Part shown: piece after piece, positions 13,269 to 25,439 of the stretch | Numbering within the stretch: position 1 is the stretch's first letter | How the letters are laid out: every line of letters begins with the position of its first letter | Assembly (NCBI RefSeq): GCF_963921235.1 | Contig: NC_086118.1 | Location: 20,028,001-20,092,000 of the forward strand | Length of the DNA stretch: 64,000 bases | Reading direction: 5' to 3' | From: Mobula hypostoma | Lineage: Eukaryota | Notes under the pieces: generated by a model | Database searches by the model: none | Told to the model about the DNA's origin: nothing | What the model saw: only the letters and a program-made list of their open reading frames with translations | Translations under genes and position numbers: made by a program

Positions 13269-16200
13269 AAGCAGTGTTATACTACAAGAAATGTTATTTA
13301 CTTGTTAAGAACATGCACAAGAGAACAAAAGTCAATGATTTCATCCTTTGAGCCTATTCTCCATTCAGTTAAAAAATGACTCATCTGTGTCTCATTGCCA
13401 TTTGCTGCATAACTCCTCATACTATTATCCCTCAATAAATTGCTTGATTCACTTTGATAGGCCAACTTGTCCTAGCGTCCACTGTCACTTGGAGAACATT
13501 TCAACTTATCTTTCTTCAAAGAGCTACTTTCTGATTTTGCTCCTCAGCAGCCTGGCTTTATCTTTAACATTATGTTCTTGAGGTCCCTCTGACTGCTGCA
13601 GTCTGTCAGAGTATGCATGGATATCCCTGGCAAACTTTGCAAGTGCCATTATGCAGTATTTGTCATGCTGCATTTTGGGACCCAAGCACAGGATCACACA
13701 GAGACTCAGAAGGGTTAAACAAAACTTAGGACTCTTATTAACAAAAGAGACAAAACAAAACAGCAGAACTTGCATGGTCTTGGATAACTCAGAATAACTC
13801 AGCCAGAACTTCACTAGACCAGGATCAGGGCCAACAAGCCCCGAGGGATTAGCACTGCCCCTTTAAATACACTCTGGGGCAGGAGGGACTCTGTGCCTGG
13901 CTAATTAAAACCCCAGACTCTTGAAAAACTTAAGAAACCATTCTGATTAGAGACAAAATTCCAAGAATACTTAATTGAACATCTGCAAAGTCTGGAGGAG
14001 AATTAATTGGAAGTATCTAAGAACAATGGTAACTTAAACGTAAACTAGAGAAGACCTAACTATAACTCATAAAAAGCCTAATAAACAACAATATATTATA
14101 ATTAATAAAATACAGAGAATACAAAACAACAGCAAAAAATTCAGAGCCCTCAGAATACTCTACCAACAACTCAAAGTTGTTGCGGTATCTCTGGGGTTTC
14201 CATGCATATCCCATTTTAAGTCAATTCAATTCAAGTTTAATTGTCATTTAACCATACATGAATACTCATGAATACAGCCAAATGAAACAGCATTACTATA
14301 GGGTCAAGGTGCAGAGACACATTACCAACAGTCACACACAGTAAGCACACACAAGATGACAGTCATGTAATATGGGTCCCGATGCCCACTCACAATGTCG
14401 CAGCTTGATGCCCAGTCCTCACACCTAGAAGTGAACAGACCCAGATAGAATACCAGTAAAAACACAACAATGCAGAATATGCACATATTTATTACCAAAG
14501 AAGGTCAGGAAGAACCCCATGGGTATTCCATAACACAACGCCCATTACATTTAGACAGTTTTTGATGAAACAAGGAAGTACCAACTAGAACTATTCATTA
14601 ATAGCAATAAAAGGTAATCATTAAGTGTGTTTTCAGAGCACACCATGTCATAGCAGAAGAAGGTCGTAGCACCTAGAATAGAGTTGTAGAGTCATAGAAA
14701 AGTACAGCACAGCAACAGGCCCTTTGGCCCATCTAGTCCACTTAAACTGCCTACTCCCATCGACCTGCACCAGGACCATTGCCATTCATACCTTTAGCAT
14801 CCACGTATCTAACAAACTTCTCTTAAACGTTGAAATTGAGCTTGCATGCACCATTTCCACTGGCAGTTCATTCCACACTCTGAGTGAAGAAGTTTCCCCT
14901 CCTGTTTCCCTTAAACCCCTGAAATAGGTGCTTGACTTCTTTCCAAATAACAGAAGCATTAATAAACCATTTTCATTTGATGAAAATAAGTACTGAAGTG
15001 GGAACTGATATTCGGTGCAATTCTTCTGGAGAGCGATTCAGGGACCAAAATGCAAATCATTATGCTCAGCCCAGTCAGCAAACTCAGGTTTTTTAACACA
15101 AGGCATTCAATTGGCTGATTGTTGCACACCTCCCAGCTGCTAAAGGGACGATTGCCAACAGCAGCCATCAGAAGTTGTGTAGGGACAGGCCTTCCCTTGA
15201 GTGGGCACGGATAGAGCCTTTGAAATGGAGTAGGAACCCCAGACTTAGAATAATCACAGTACTTCCAGACCTCTAGAGAAATAAAAACTGGAGCTCGATT
15301 TGCAAACCAGATTTACGTGATCTCAAGCTGTCTCATATCAATTGCTGTCACTGAGAAGTAACCAATGACATCCAAGCACAGGCTGGTGATATGAAAGGAG
15401 AACACTACATGAATATCTGGAAGTAGGACACTCAGAGCATCCAATCACAGTTATCAATCTTGTTTCCAATGGAACCTAGTCATATAGCACATCAGATTGT
15501 AGTACAAAAAGAATAAATTTTTAGCCCTTAAATTCCAATGATTATAAAGTTGGAACATTGTGCACAGTTCAGTCAGCAAACTTGGGCTTTGTTAATACAA
15601 AGTATGCAGTTGGCTAATTGTTACATGTCTCCCAGCTACATGTGCTGTGTGTGTCTGTTGGTTCATCTGTCTGTATTTATGTGTATGGTTGAATGACAAT
15701 TATACTTGAATTTGAACTTGAACATTATTTTATCTTGAAATGTTTGATCAGACTCTGTTTTCTATTTTAGCTCTAGGGCTAAGGGTACTTCAGATGCTCT
15801 CACATTGCCTTGACCTGTATAACCACGTGATGCTACTTTTGGGAGCAGGTACATGCATGGGGTCAGTGGGCAGGCAGCACCTCTATCCAACCCACTTTTG
15901 ACTATCACAAGCCAAGCAATTCCCATAGCCATACTTAACTGTGAGTTCCAATGTCCTCGAGCCCTCACTGTCACAACCACCTGATGAGGTGTATTGATCC
16001 TCAACAACACACCTCAGGAGGGAGATCCTGAGGCTTCATCCCAGACCACACCAAAGGCCCGTAGGCAGCTCACTGGAGTCAAAGGCCTCTGATATCTCTG
16101 ATGAACTGCAGCAGTCACAGCTGGCATAAAGCTGAGGGGCAGCTGTGAAGCATACACAGCCCCTCTCCTCAATCTAAGCTGCCAACTTTATGGCATTCAT

Positions 16201-17597
16201 CTGGCATTTAAGAATAAGATTGGTCAATTCCATTTGCTGTAAATTTCTCTATTTTAGTTTTCTCTGTATAGTTGGCCCTGGGTTAGCAGACAATAAGATG
16301 CTAAGTTATAGCAAAGTGAAATTAGTCTTTACGTTGATATTATCCTGCATTTATCTGAAAATAAGATGAATTATTTCCCTGTCATCATTTTCTACAAATT
16401 GAGCTTGCTCAAGTATCAGACGCTTCCCTGAGGATGAACAAATCAGAAGGCTGCTTCAAATCTAGGTGATTCTGTACTATATCCGGTATGGAACCACATT
16501 CTTTAAACACACTGGTCAAAATAACTGCTGTCCTGTGAAATGGAAAATCTTACAATGAAATGGGTATACAGTTAATAGAATGTCATACATCCATTATAAA
16601 GTCATTACAATGTCATTACCTCAGCTTCCTTAATTATTGTGCAATGTTGCTTTAAAATGCTAGAAAATTAACCATGTAATTATTTCATAATGGAAAAATC
16701 TAACCAATTTTTTTCCAAAAAAACAATACTTGAGAGTTTGACTTGGTCGTTTGTTTTGTATATACATATTAAAGAAGAGAAAGTTTAAGATCAACTATCC
16801 TCTGTGATGTAGCATTTACTTAGTGGGTTTAGTGTGGTCTAAATTTGCTGGTGATTTCTAGAATTTAGATCTTTTCTTTCACAATCGAGTTACCAAACTC
16901 TCTAATAATGTACGTAGCTGGAGGAGCAGGTGCACAATGAGAAGAAGTTGGGAACTCTAGTTACAAAGATAACTTTAGAAAGTCCAATCAAGAAAAGGGG
17001 GAAAATTAAGAATGTTGTGGAGCATGGAAATTTGAAATGCTTTACACACTTTATTGGGTAGAATCTCTGGAAAGAGAAACAGATCTAATATTTTAAGTCA
17101 TATGTCCTTATCCAGAACTGGGAAACAGAGAAAACAAGTTAGTATTAGGTTTCAGTGAAGGTGGGGTGAGATATATAGGTCAAAAAGAACCATGGGGTGA
17201 GTTATATAGGTCCTACAGCCAAATGGGTGATAAAGAGTGATGAAGACAATGAAATGTTACATGTGCTGTCCAAGGAAGTAGGACATTCAGAAGGTCAAGG
17301 TGTGTTGTCAGATAGATGGACAATTGGACAATTTACAGCAGAAATAGTCAGGTCTCAGTCAGACAGAGAAAGCAAATTACCTGAAGCTGGAGAATTCAAT
17401 ATCAAATCCAGAGATCTGCTTGAGCCACCACAGGGGAAACATCAACTGTGCAAATGTTCTGTCAAAACAGTTAATCTTGTCTTTCATTCTTCTGGAGTAC
17501 AAGCCTGGTTGGCTTAATCTTTCCTTACAGGACAAATCCATGGAAATCAATGCGGTGAATATTGACAACATTCTATTGACAAGTATATTCTTCCTTA

Positions 17598-18817
17598 AAA
17601 GTAACATACAAGCTGAAATAGGCAAAGAACAATGTGGTTTTGTGAAAGACAAAGGTACAAGAAACACAATATTAATGTCAAGGATACTATCAGAATAGCT
17701 TGATTCAAGTGCAAAAAGATTTTTATGTTTGTTTCATCGACTACACAAAAGCATTTGATAAAGGGAAGCACAATAAGTTATTTGAAATATTACAGAAAAC
17801 TCTAGACCTAGATTCAAAAGACCTCCGCCTAATCAAAAATCTGTACTGGAAACAAACTGCCGCTGTAAGAATAGATGGAGAAGTGAGTCAGTTTACGAAA
17901 ATCAAGAGAGGCGATAGACAAGGGTGTGTTTTCTCCCCTGATTTATTTAACGTGTCCAGTGAAACAATATTACAAAAAATAAGAGACATCTTGGGAATCA
18001 AAGTTGGCGGTGAAAACATCAATAATTTCAGATATGCAGATGACACTGTGTTAATTGCAAGTACGGAGGAAGAATTACAAAACTTAATTGATATAATTGT
18101 TGAAGAAAGTGCAAAAATGGGTCTATCAATCAATTGCAAAAAGACAGAATGTATGGTGATATCCAAAAAGAAGGAGAATCCTATCTGCAGGCTGAGAATA
18201 AATGGGGAAGACATAAAACAAGTACAGAACTTTTGCTACTTAGGAAGCTGGGTGACATCAGATGGCAGGTGCAACTTGGACATCAAAGGAAGAATAGGGA
18301 TGGCAAAAGACACCTTTACGAGAATGAAGAGTACACTGACCAATACTAAACTAGGCATGACAACCCGCCTCAGAGTACTGAAATGTTATGTTTATCCAGT
18401 TATGTTATATGGCTCAGAATGTTGGACAATATCTAATAACATGAGGAAACGAATTATAACAGCAGAAATGTGGTTTTTGAGGAGGATGCAAAGAATATCA
18501 TGGACGAAACGAATATCTAACAAGGATGTCATGAACAGAGCAAACACAAAAAGAGAAATAATGTATGAGATCATGAAAAGGCAACATACCTTCATTGGAC
18601 ATGTGATTAGGAAAGAGGTGTTAGAATGCACGGTAATTATGGGAAAGATTGAAGGGAAGAAAGCAAGAGGAAGACAAAGACAAATGATGATAGAGACCGC
18701 AGCCAGAGAATTAGAAATGAATACCAATGAATTGATCCACTGGACCCGAAACAGGAGTGTGTGGGCCATGGCAGTCAAAGCTCAAACTGGGCATGGTACC
18801 TGATGATGATGATGATG
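17598..18817 (+). mobile_element. 5'-truncated RTE-clade LINE with long open RT frame (17700-18803)
   Basis: 367-aa ORF with FIDYTKAFD, QGCVFSPDLFN, RYADDTVL, FCYLGS and GKIEGKKARGRQR. (TGA)n tail at 18801-18818. 11-bp TSD ATTCTTCCTTA at 17587-17597 and 18818-18828. Confidence 0.93.
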
Positions 18818-19277
18818 ATTCTTCCTTAGGTACAAAGACCAGATCTGTACACAGTATTCCTGTTAGGTTCTCATCATGGAGAAAGATGCCTCTGCTCACA
18901 AACAGAAATCTTCTTTCAGTGTAGGCCAAAACTACGGTCACCTTGCTGAACCTGCATAATAACTTTTATTCATCCATGTACAGAGAACCAAGATCTGTCT
19001 GAAAGTGACATCCTTCATACTCTCACCATTTTAAAAACATTGCAAATTTCTAGTTACTTTTCTTAGTTAATGACAGATTTCCAGCATTTGTACCATTCAT
19101 TTTATTTGACTTAGATATCTGAAAATCTGCCTGCTAGCTTCTGGTCCAGCACTATGTAAAATAAAGGTCTGTTAAGTAATCCAAGAACAATATTTGTAAT
19201 GCTCAGACAGTAAGCCTTACAGTTTTTGTGACGAAATGAAGCAAATGAATGTTTATTACATTCTCTATATTATCTTA

Positions 19278-19295
19278 CATATTGTTTGTCTGCAG
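19278..19295 (+). promoter_or_regulatory. Splice acceptor immediately upstream of the LRR-Ig coding exon
   Basis: Pyrimidine-rich TTGTTTGTCTGCAG ends at 19295, 4 nt before an ATG in strong Kozak context (AACATGG). This implies an upstream non-coding exon. Confidence 0.7.
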
Positions 19296-19299
19296 GAAC

Positions 19300-20676
19300 A
19301 TGGGAATACTCCTCTGGCTCACTCTGCTGCTCGTAATCCATTGCTCTTCAGCTTCGATATGTCCATCAAGCGGTAATCGCACTGATTTGATCATTACTTG
19401 CCATGAGGATGTATCCATTTCTCTTCCTCAAGCAGTCAACATGGACAAAACATCTCAAAAACCAACCCTCTTTATAAACATTTCAACTTTTCAGAATTTT
19501 TTACTTGTCAAGCACCTTGAAATTCAGCAAATGACTATTGCACAAATCAGCACTAATACATTCAGCCTTCTCACTTGTCTTGAGACATTAATTTTGGAGA
19601 ATGTCAGCCTGAATAATGCAGTAATACATCAAAGTGCCTTTGCTGGCCTGCAGGCAAAGTCGTTGTCCCTTAAAAACAATAGACTGCATATGATATACGA
19701 ACAAATATTTGCAGATAGTGACAATATTGAACACCTTGATCTTTCAGGAAACCAAATCAGTTTTATAGAGGATAATGCATTTGCAAGACTGACCAAACTT
19801 AAAAAATTAAATGTAGCCAACAACCGCCTCATTACTATGTCTCCTTATTGGTTTGGTACTGCATTTTATAGTAAATCAATACAGCACAATATGGGTCCTT
19901 CGGCCCACGTTGATAAAACAGATTTTTGGTTGAATCTTATGGGAAACAACCTGACTTGTGAGTGTCAGTACAGAGGCATCATGTACAAGGAAAACCAATG
20001 GTTTGCTCAGGCCATTACAGCTAATAATTGGACTTGTAATTGGAATTATAGCATCCCTTCGTGTGACACACCACACTTCTTCCCAGTCTACAAAGAGATC
20101 TCGATAACAGAACATTCTTATCTGTATGTACACTGTGACCCACGTGGCCATCCCAAGCCAAAGGTAAAATGGTTTCTTCCCAACGGTGTTCAGTCACACA
20201 ATTCAACAGTTTTTTCTTTGAAAAATGGCATGTTGAATATAACATCAGCGAAGATGCATTTTTCCGGGACCTATGCTTGCTTAGCCTCAAATTCTGAAGG
20301 CTCAGCAGTGGGACTGTACCAGATAAAGGTGGTTGAAAAACCAGTCCCCTTCATACTTTTCACACCTGCTTTTGAATTTCGGCCTCCCAAACAAAATAGA
20401 GTGGAGAATATTATGGTCTGGTCTGTCGTTTTAATAATGGTCACAATCTTGAGCATTCTGTTCATTTGTTTGATGAAACAGGCGATCGAGTGCCATAGAT
20501 ACAACACTGCCATGGAGGATGATCTCGATAAATTTGTTGCTACTCCTTCTATCATAACGCTTCCCAAGAAACCCCCACCATTACCAGACTTTCAAACTGA
20601 AACTGATCCAAAACTAAAACTAGGTAAAGGCCAACAGTATGTTTTTGAGAAAAAGTTTGAGTCTTTTCAAGTTTAA
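19300..20676 (+). CDS. Leucine-rich repeat + immunoglobulin domain type I transmembrane protein (458 aa, single coding exon)
   Basis: Uninterrupted ORF. Signal peptide MGILLWLTLLLVIHCSSA, Cys-containing N-cap, about 5 LRRs (e.g. LSLKNNRL, HLDLSGNQISFIEDNAF, KLNVANNRL), LRRCT (LNLMGNNLTCECQ), I-set Ig (CDPRGHPKPKVKW...SGTYACLASNSEG), TM helix IMVWSVVLIMVTILSILFICLM, cytoplasmic PKKPPPLP, C-terminus ESFQV. The second ATG is preferred over 19249 because of the acceptor and Kozak context. Confidence 0.92.
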   Translation: MGILLWLTLLLVIHCSSASICPSSGNRTDLIITCHEDVSISLPQAVNMDKTSQKPTLFINISTFQNFLLVKHLEIQQMTIAQISTNTFSLLTCLETLILENVSLNNAVIHQSAFAGLQAKSLSLKNNRLHMIYEQIFADSDNIEHLDLSGNQISFIEDNAFARLTKLKKLNVANNRLITMSPYWFGTAFYSKSIQHNMGPSAHVDKTDFWLNLMGNNLTCECQYRGIMYKENQWFAQAITANNWTCNWNYSIPSCDTPHFFPVYKEISITEHSYLYVHCDPRGHPKPKVKWFLPNGVQSHNSTVFSLKNGMLNITSAKMHFSGTYACLASNSEGSAVGLYQIKVVEKPVPFILFTPAFEFRPPKQNRVENIMVWSVVLIMVTILSILFICLMKQAIECHRYNTAMEDDLDKFVATPSIITLPKKPPPLPDFQTETDPKLKLGKGQQYVFEKKFESFQV

Positions 20677-21134
20677 ACAGTTGTCTAAAATGAAAAAAAT
20701 AGATCCTAATGCAAGATTTAGATTACGTTATTCAATAGTCTGTTCAAAGCATTTTCCACCTATTTCGACTCATCCTATCAATTCAAAGCATGCTTTTAGG
20801 AGCATATTTTCTGAAAAACACAAGCCTGAGTAAGATTCCTTATTTTTGCAGTAGAGTGTAATTGTGAAGAATGATAAGAACAAAATATATAGTGAGTACT
20901 ACCAAATGACAATATACGCTGTATTTCCAGAACGCTTTTAAGGCCTTTTCCGTAACTAATCAAATTAGACCTCCTTTAAATAATTAATACTTGATGCTGA
21001 GCACCATCTGATTGTAGATAAGGTTCAGAAGTAAAACAGCAGTCTTAATGAAGCACGTAAGCAAGATAAATTAGTATGTTTTCTTCAGTTTATAAGCTTA
21101 TATTGAGAACGTTGTTGGAACTTTTGCAGCTTGT

Positions 21135-21140
21135 AATAAA
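21135..21140 (+). terminator. Candidate polyadenylation signal of the LRR-Ig gene
   Basis: First AATAAA I find downstream of the stop codon, about 460 nt after it. Confidence 0.4.
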
Positions 21141-21472
21141 AATGTAGTGACCCATTATTTATGGGAAAGAAGCTCAGAAATGGGGAAGAGCCAAGGTAAA
21201 ACAGGCAGGGAAGTCCAGAGATGTGGGAATGCAGAAATAAGATTTCAATTAGAATTCCACTGCCCTAGTTCACGGCCAGCAGCTTCTCAGATTAATAAGG
21301 CAAGGGGAGATTTTGAGAAGACTAGCGAGACCGCTGGCTCAGACTGAGATCATAGGTAAGAGAGAGCTGAAAGAGCTGGCGGTGGAGTATGGAGATCACA
21401 TGGAAGTCTTATATATTGGGAATTGGCTGTGGAATGGAAAGCAGGTTTTTGAAGGGTGAGATTCATGCTGAG

Positions 21473-21546
21473 AGTATTTTTTAAAAATTGCTTAGAGGGG
21501 GTTGAAGGGGGCTTCAACCCCCTCTAAGCAATTTTTAAAAAATACT
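21473..21546. repeat. Perfect 35-bp inverted repeat with 4-nt loop
   Basis: AGTATTTTTTAAAAATTGCTTAGAGGGGGTTGAAG-GGGG-CTTCAACCCCCTCTAAGCAATTTTTAAAAAATACT; the arms are exact reverse complements. Confidence 0.95.
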
Positions 21547-23019
21547 TATCAAAGAGATCTAACTGTCTCACCTCTCTTCAGTAATATGGTCCACTAGATC
21601 TTAGGAAAGCATTCAAAGTCCCCAGAGAGGGTTCAGGAAAGGGTACCTCAGTGGTTCTAGGGGTAAGTGATTTATATTTTAGGGACAGTCGGGGTCAGTT
21701 TTATTTACACCAGAGAAGATTAACAAGGACTGTGGTAGATAGATTCAAAATACTGAGGGGTCTAGATCAACAGAAGTGGTTCCCTTTGATGGAAACATCG
21801 AATTAAAATGACTTGGAAGACACTGAGGGCATGGTGAAGAGAAAGTAAGTTGGCATCTAATAGGATGATGAAGGCAGATTAATTCCTGGCTTTCAAACAG
21901 TCAGTAGCCTCTCAGAATAACAAGTCAGCACAAAGTGGGAGTGAAGAGAAGGGAACAAGCAAGGGGAGAGAAAAGTTTGAAAAGGTCAAGGGATTGGAAC
22001 TAGGCTGAAAAGGCAAGAATATTAGGAAGGCTTCCTCCTGCATAAAGACAAGTTTCCAATGCTATAATTTTAAGATTAGTCTGTTAATATTTGAGGGATT
22101 TAATCTCATTAGCGCAGTTAATTAATGCCCCAAAGCTCAAGAGAAGATTTGTCGCCAGCTCTCAACTCTCTTGATTAAAACTACAGAGCTATTTTCAAGG
22201 TTGAATGGGTCATGTTTCAGATACTTCCAACTAAAAGCCTCTCCCCACCCTGTCACAAGGGGCCGACATTCAAGTTGCTTCAAAAGCAGAGCAAAATGCT
22301 GATAATTTGCGATAATACCACTGGAGGTCTAAAGATGCAATACAGTAGATTCCTTTGAGGAGAGCATCTCTAAATCCATGAAACAATCAAATTCAGATAT
22401 TGGATATATATCTAAAATATTAATGTATACATCCAATATATAATGTATTAAATTGGATAAGAATTATAGACAATGTTATAAAATGTTCAAACCTTTATTG
22501 ACAACTTCTGATAAAATTATTATGATAGAAATGCTTAATAAAATATTTATTTTTAATACTGCTTAAAATTTATATCTACAACAGTTGTATCTTTTGTACT
22601 TTGTGGATTTGCTTACTGACCACATCAGCCAGCACAGACTAAATGATTTGAGCAAGCATCTTAAACTTGTTAAAACCTTAATGCAAAGGGTTCAATTTAT
22701 GATGGTGGAATGCACCCAGTGATATCTTTGAATGCCTTTATTTAAAAAATGCATTTGTTCTGTTTTAGTGTGGTTTTCTCCGTCTTTTGATATTATGCAT
22801 TTCAGCAATAAAAGTGAGAATTGCTGGAATGAAACTGTGTTTCTGACTTAATTGTAAAACTGCCATATAGTGTCAATATATAAGCAATAATTTCACAGAC
22901 TTTTTTGTGGAATGAAAATAAGGTGTGATCAATAAAGATGCGTGTAGAAAATGCCCAACCAGATGACTGCCCATGCAGCAGAGATAAAATCATTCCTCTC
23001 TGACCATCAAGCTGCCTGT

Positions 23020-24760
23020 GGAAATTCTCCATGTTGAAATCCCCCTTGACTATCATAGCGTTGCCTTTTTTACATGCCTTTTCTATCTTTCGTTGCAATT
23101 TGTACCCCACATGTTGACTACTGTTCGGAGTCTGTATATATGCAACTCCCAACAGGGTCTTTCTATCCTTGCAGTTTCTAACTCTACCCACAAGAATTCT
23201 ATATCTTCTGATCCCATGTCACTGCTTTCTAAGGATTTGATTTGATTTTTTACCATCAGGGCCACCCTACCCTCCCTCCCTACCTACCTGCCTGTCCTTT
23301 TGATACAAGGTGTATCCTTGAATGTTAAGCTCCCAACTATGATCTTCTTACAGCCATGAGTCATTGATGCCCACAATGTCATACCTACCAATTTCTACAA
23401 AATAATCTACTTTATTCCATATACTGTGCACATTAAAGTATAACAGTCCTGTACACATCACCCTTTTTGATTTTGCTCCCATGTTACACCTCAATTCATC
23501 CCACTGACTACAATTTTCCCCTATCATCTGCTTGTCCTTCACAGTTTCACTATATATTACATCTACTTGCATACCAACTGATCTATCCTCAGCCCTATCA
23601 CTCCGGTTTCCATCCCCCTGCCAAATTAGTTTAAACCCTCTCCAACGGCTCTGGCAAACCTACCCATAAGGATAATGGACCCCCTCAAGTTCAGATGCAA
23701 CCTGCCCTTTTTGTACAAGTCATACCTTTCCCATAAGAGATCTCAATGATCCAGAAATCTGAAATCATGCCCTGTACACCAATTCCTCAGGCACGCATTC
23801 ATCTGTCAAATCGTCCTATTGTTCTCTTCACTGGCGCGTGGTACATTCAGCAATCCAAAGATTACCCCCTTGATGTTTTGCTTTTCAGCTTTATGCCTTT
23901 TTTCTCTATTCAGGACCGCCTCCACTTACCTACCTATGTCGTTGGTACCAATATATACCACAACTTCCAGTTGTTCACCCTCAGTGCTGTGCACATTAAA
24001 GTACAACAGTCCTGTACACATCACCCTTTTTGATTTTACTCCCATGTTACACTCCAATTCATCCCACTGACTACAATTTTCCCCTGTCTGTAACTATGAA
24101 TGCTGAGAATGCTGTATACCCAATCCGAGATATCCCTGATCCTGGCGCCTGAGAGGCAACATACCATCAGGGAGTATCTTTCACGTCCACAGAATCTCCT
24201 GCCTGCTCCTGTAATTAAGGAAACCCCTATCTCTGCTGAGCTCCTATTCTCCGCCTTTCCTTTCTGAGACACAGGACCAGACTTAGTTCGAGAAACCTGG
24301 TTGCTGTAACTTCCCCAGAAGTTCATCCCCTCAACAATATCCAAAGTCATATATTTATTATTGAGGGGACTGACCACATGGGGTACTCTTGATTGGCTAC
24401 CTGTTCCCTTTCCCTCTCCCGAAAGTCACCCTCCAACTTAGGGGGTGTCTACATCCCTGTTGCTCTTACCTATCACCTCTTCATTCTCTCGTATAAGCCA
24501 AACGTTACCCAGCTGCAACTCCAGTCCCTGAACACCGTCTCTAAGGAGCTGCAGCTCAATACACCTGTAGTTATCAGGAAGACTGGAGGTCTCCTAGAGT
24601 TCCCACATCTCACACAAAGAAAGTAACACTAACTCTGGACCATTCTCACCTCACTAGCTATGTACTAATAGACAAAGAAAGAAAAACTTACTAGAAACTT
24701 ATTTGGAGCCTTCACTCCTACTTGCCTAAGCCTTTTGAGCCAAAGCCTGAACTCTCAAAC
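23020..24760 (-). mobile_element. Degenerate CR1 LINE 5' part (ORF1 with esterase-like region, ORF2 endonuclease start)
   Basis: MVCCLSGARIRDISD (CR1 ORF1 SGNH-like), LLYFNVHSIWNK...YDIVGINDSWL and EFLWVEL (AP endonuclease). Confidence 0.8.
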
Positions 24761-24899
24761 ACTGGCCCACTCCCGCAATGGCCACTCGCGCAATGGCCCA
24801 GAGAAGTAGTCAGAGTGAAGCTCAAGAAGCCCACCATGGCCGTACAAGTCATTTTTGCCCACCCACATTAATCCCACTTGCATGCATTAGACTTCTATC

Positions 24900-25420
24900 A
24901 CCAAGCCCAAGCACGTGCTAAGCAATAGCAAAGACAAAGACCAAAGTTACCCCAAAAGCTTTGCATTTCATCCAAAATTCGACAACCCACAGGTTCTTTC
25001 TCTCCCTGGCAAGGGAGAGGGAGGTTTCCCCCATTTTCACGGCGAGCAGGAGACATAACAACAACTCACTGGTTTACGATCTTAAAAGTCTGTTTCGTCG
25101 CTTTTTTCGAGCTCTGTGTCTGAAGATCGCAAAGACTTCAGGTCTTCCGGCCTCCCCGACGACGCACGAGTCTCCAGCCGTGACGCCGACCCTCAATCCA
25201 CCCGTCTCCAGAGCCCCAAGATCTTAAGCTTCCGAACATGATCGAGACTCTCAGGCCAAACCCTTGGCATGCCAAATAGCGGTCAGTCATGGAACCCAAG
25301 AACAGGTCCCATTCCCGCAAAGAACCAAAGCCTGCGTGTAACTCCAGGTCAGGGTCTTCAAAAGAACCCTGAAAGGAAAAAATAAAGATATTAAAGGTAG
25401 AAATAGAGCTGTTTTCGATA
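24900..25420. repeat. Unclassified interspersed repeat, same family as 62165-63900
   Basis: Shares GGAGACATAACAA...TTAAAAGTCTGTT and GTAACTCCAGGTCAGGGTCTTC..AAGAACCCTGAAAGG...TAGAAATAGAGCT with 63480-63870. Confidence 0.75.
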
Positions 25421-25439
25421 TCCTCTAAATCTGCCTTTA

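Noticed and set aside
17700..18803. Host reverse transcriptase gene or retron-like system
   Set aside because: It is a 5'-truncated RTE LINE with TSD and microsatellite tail.
19249..19299. ORF-track start MFITFSILSYILFVCRN for the LRR-Ig protein
   Set aside because: It overlaps a polypyrimidine tract and CAG acceptor. The ATG at 19300 has better context and begins a clean signal peptide.
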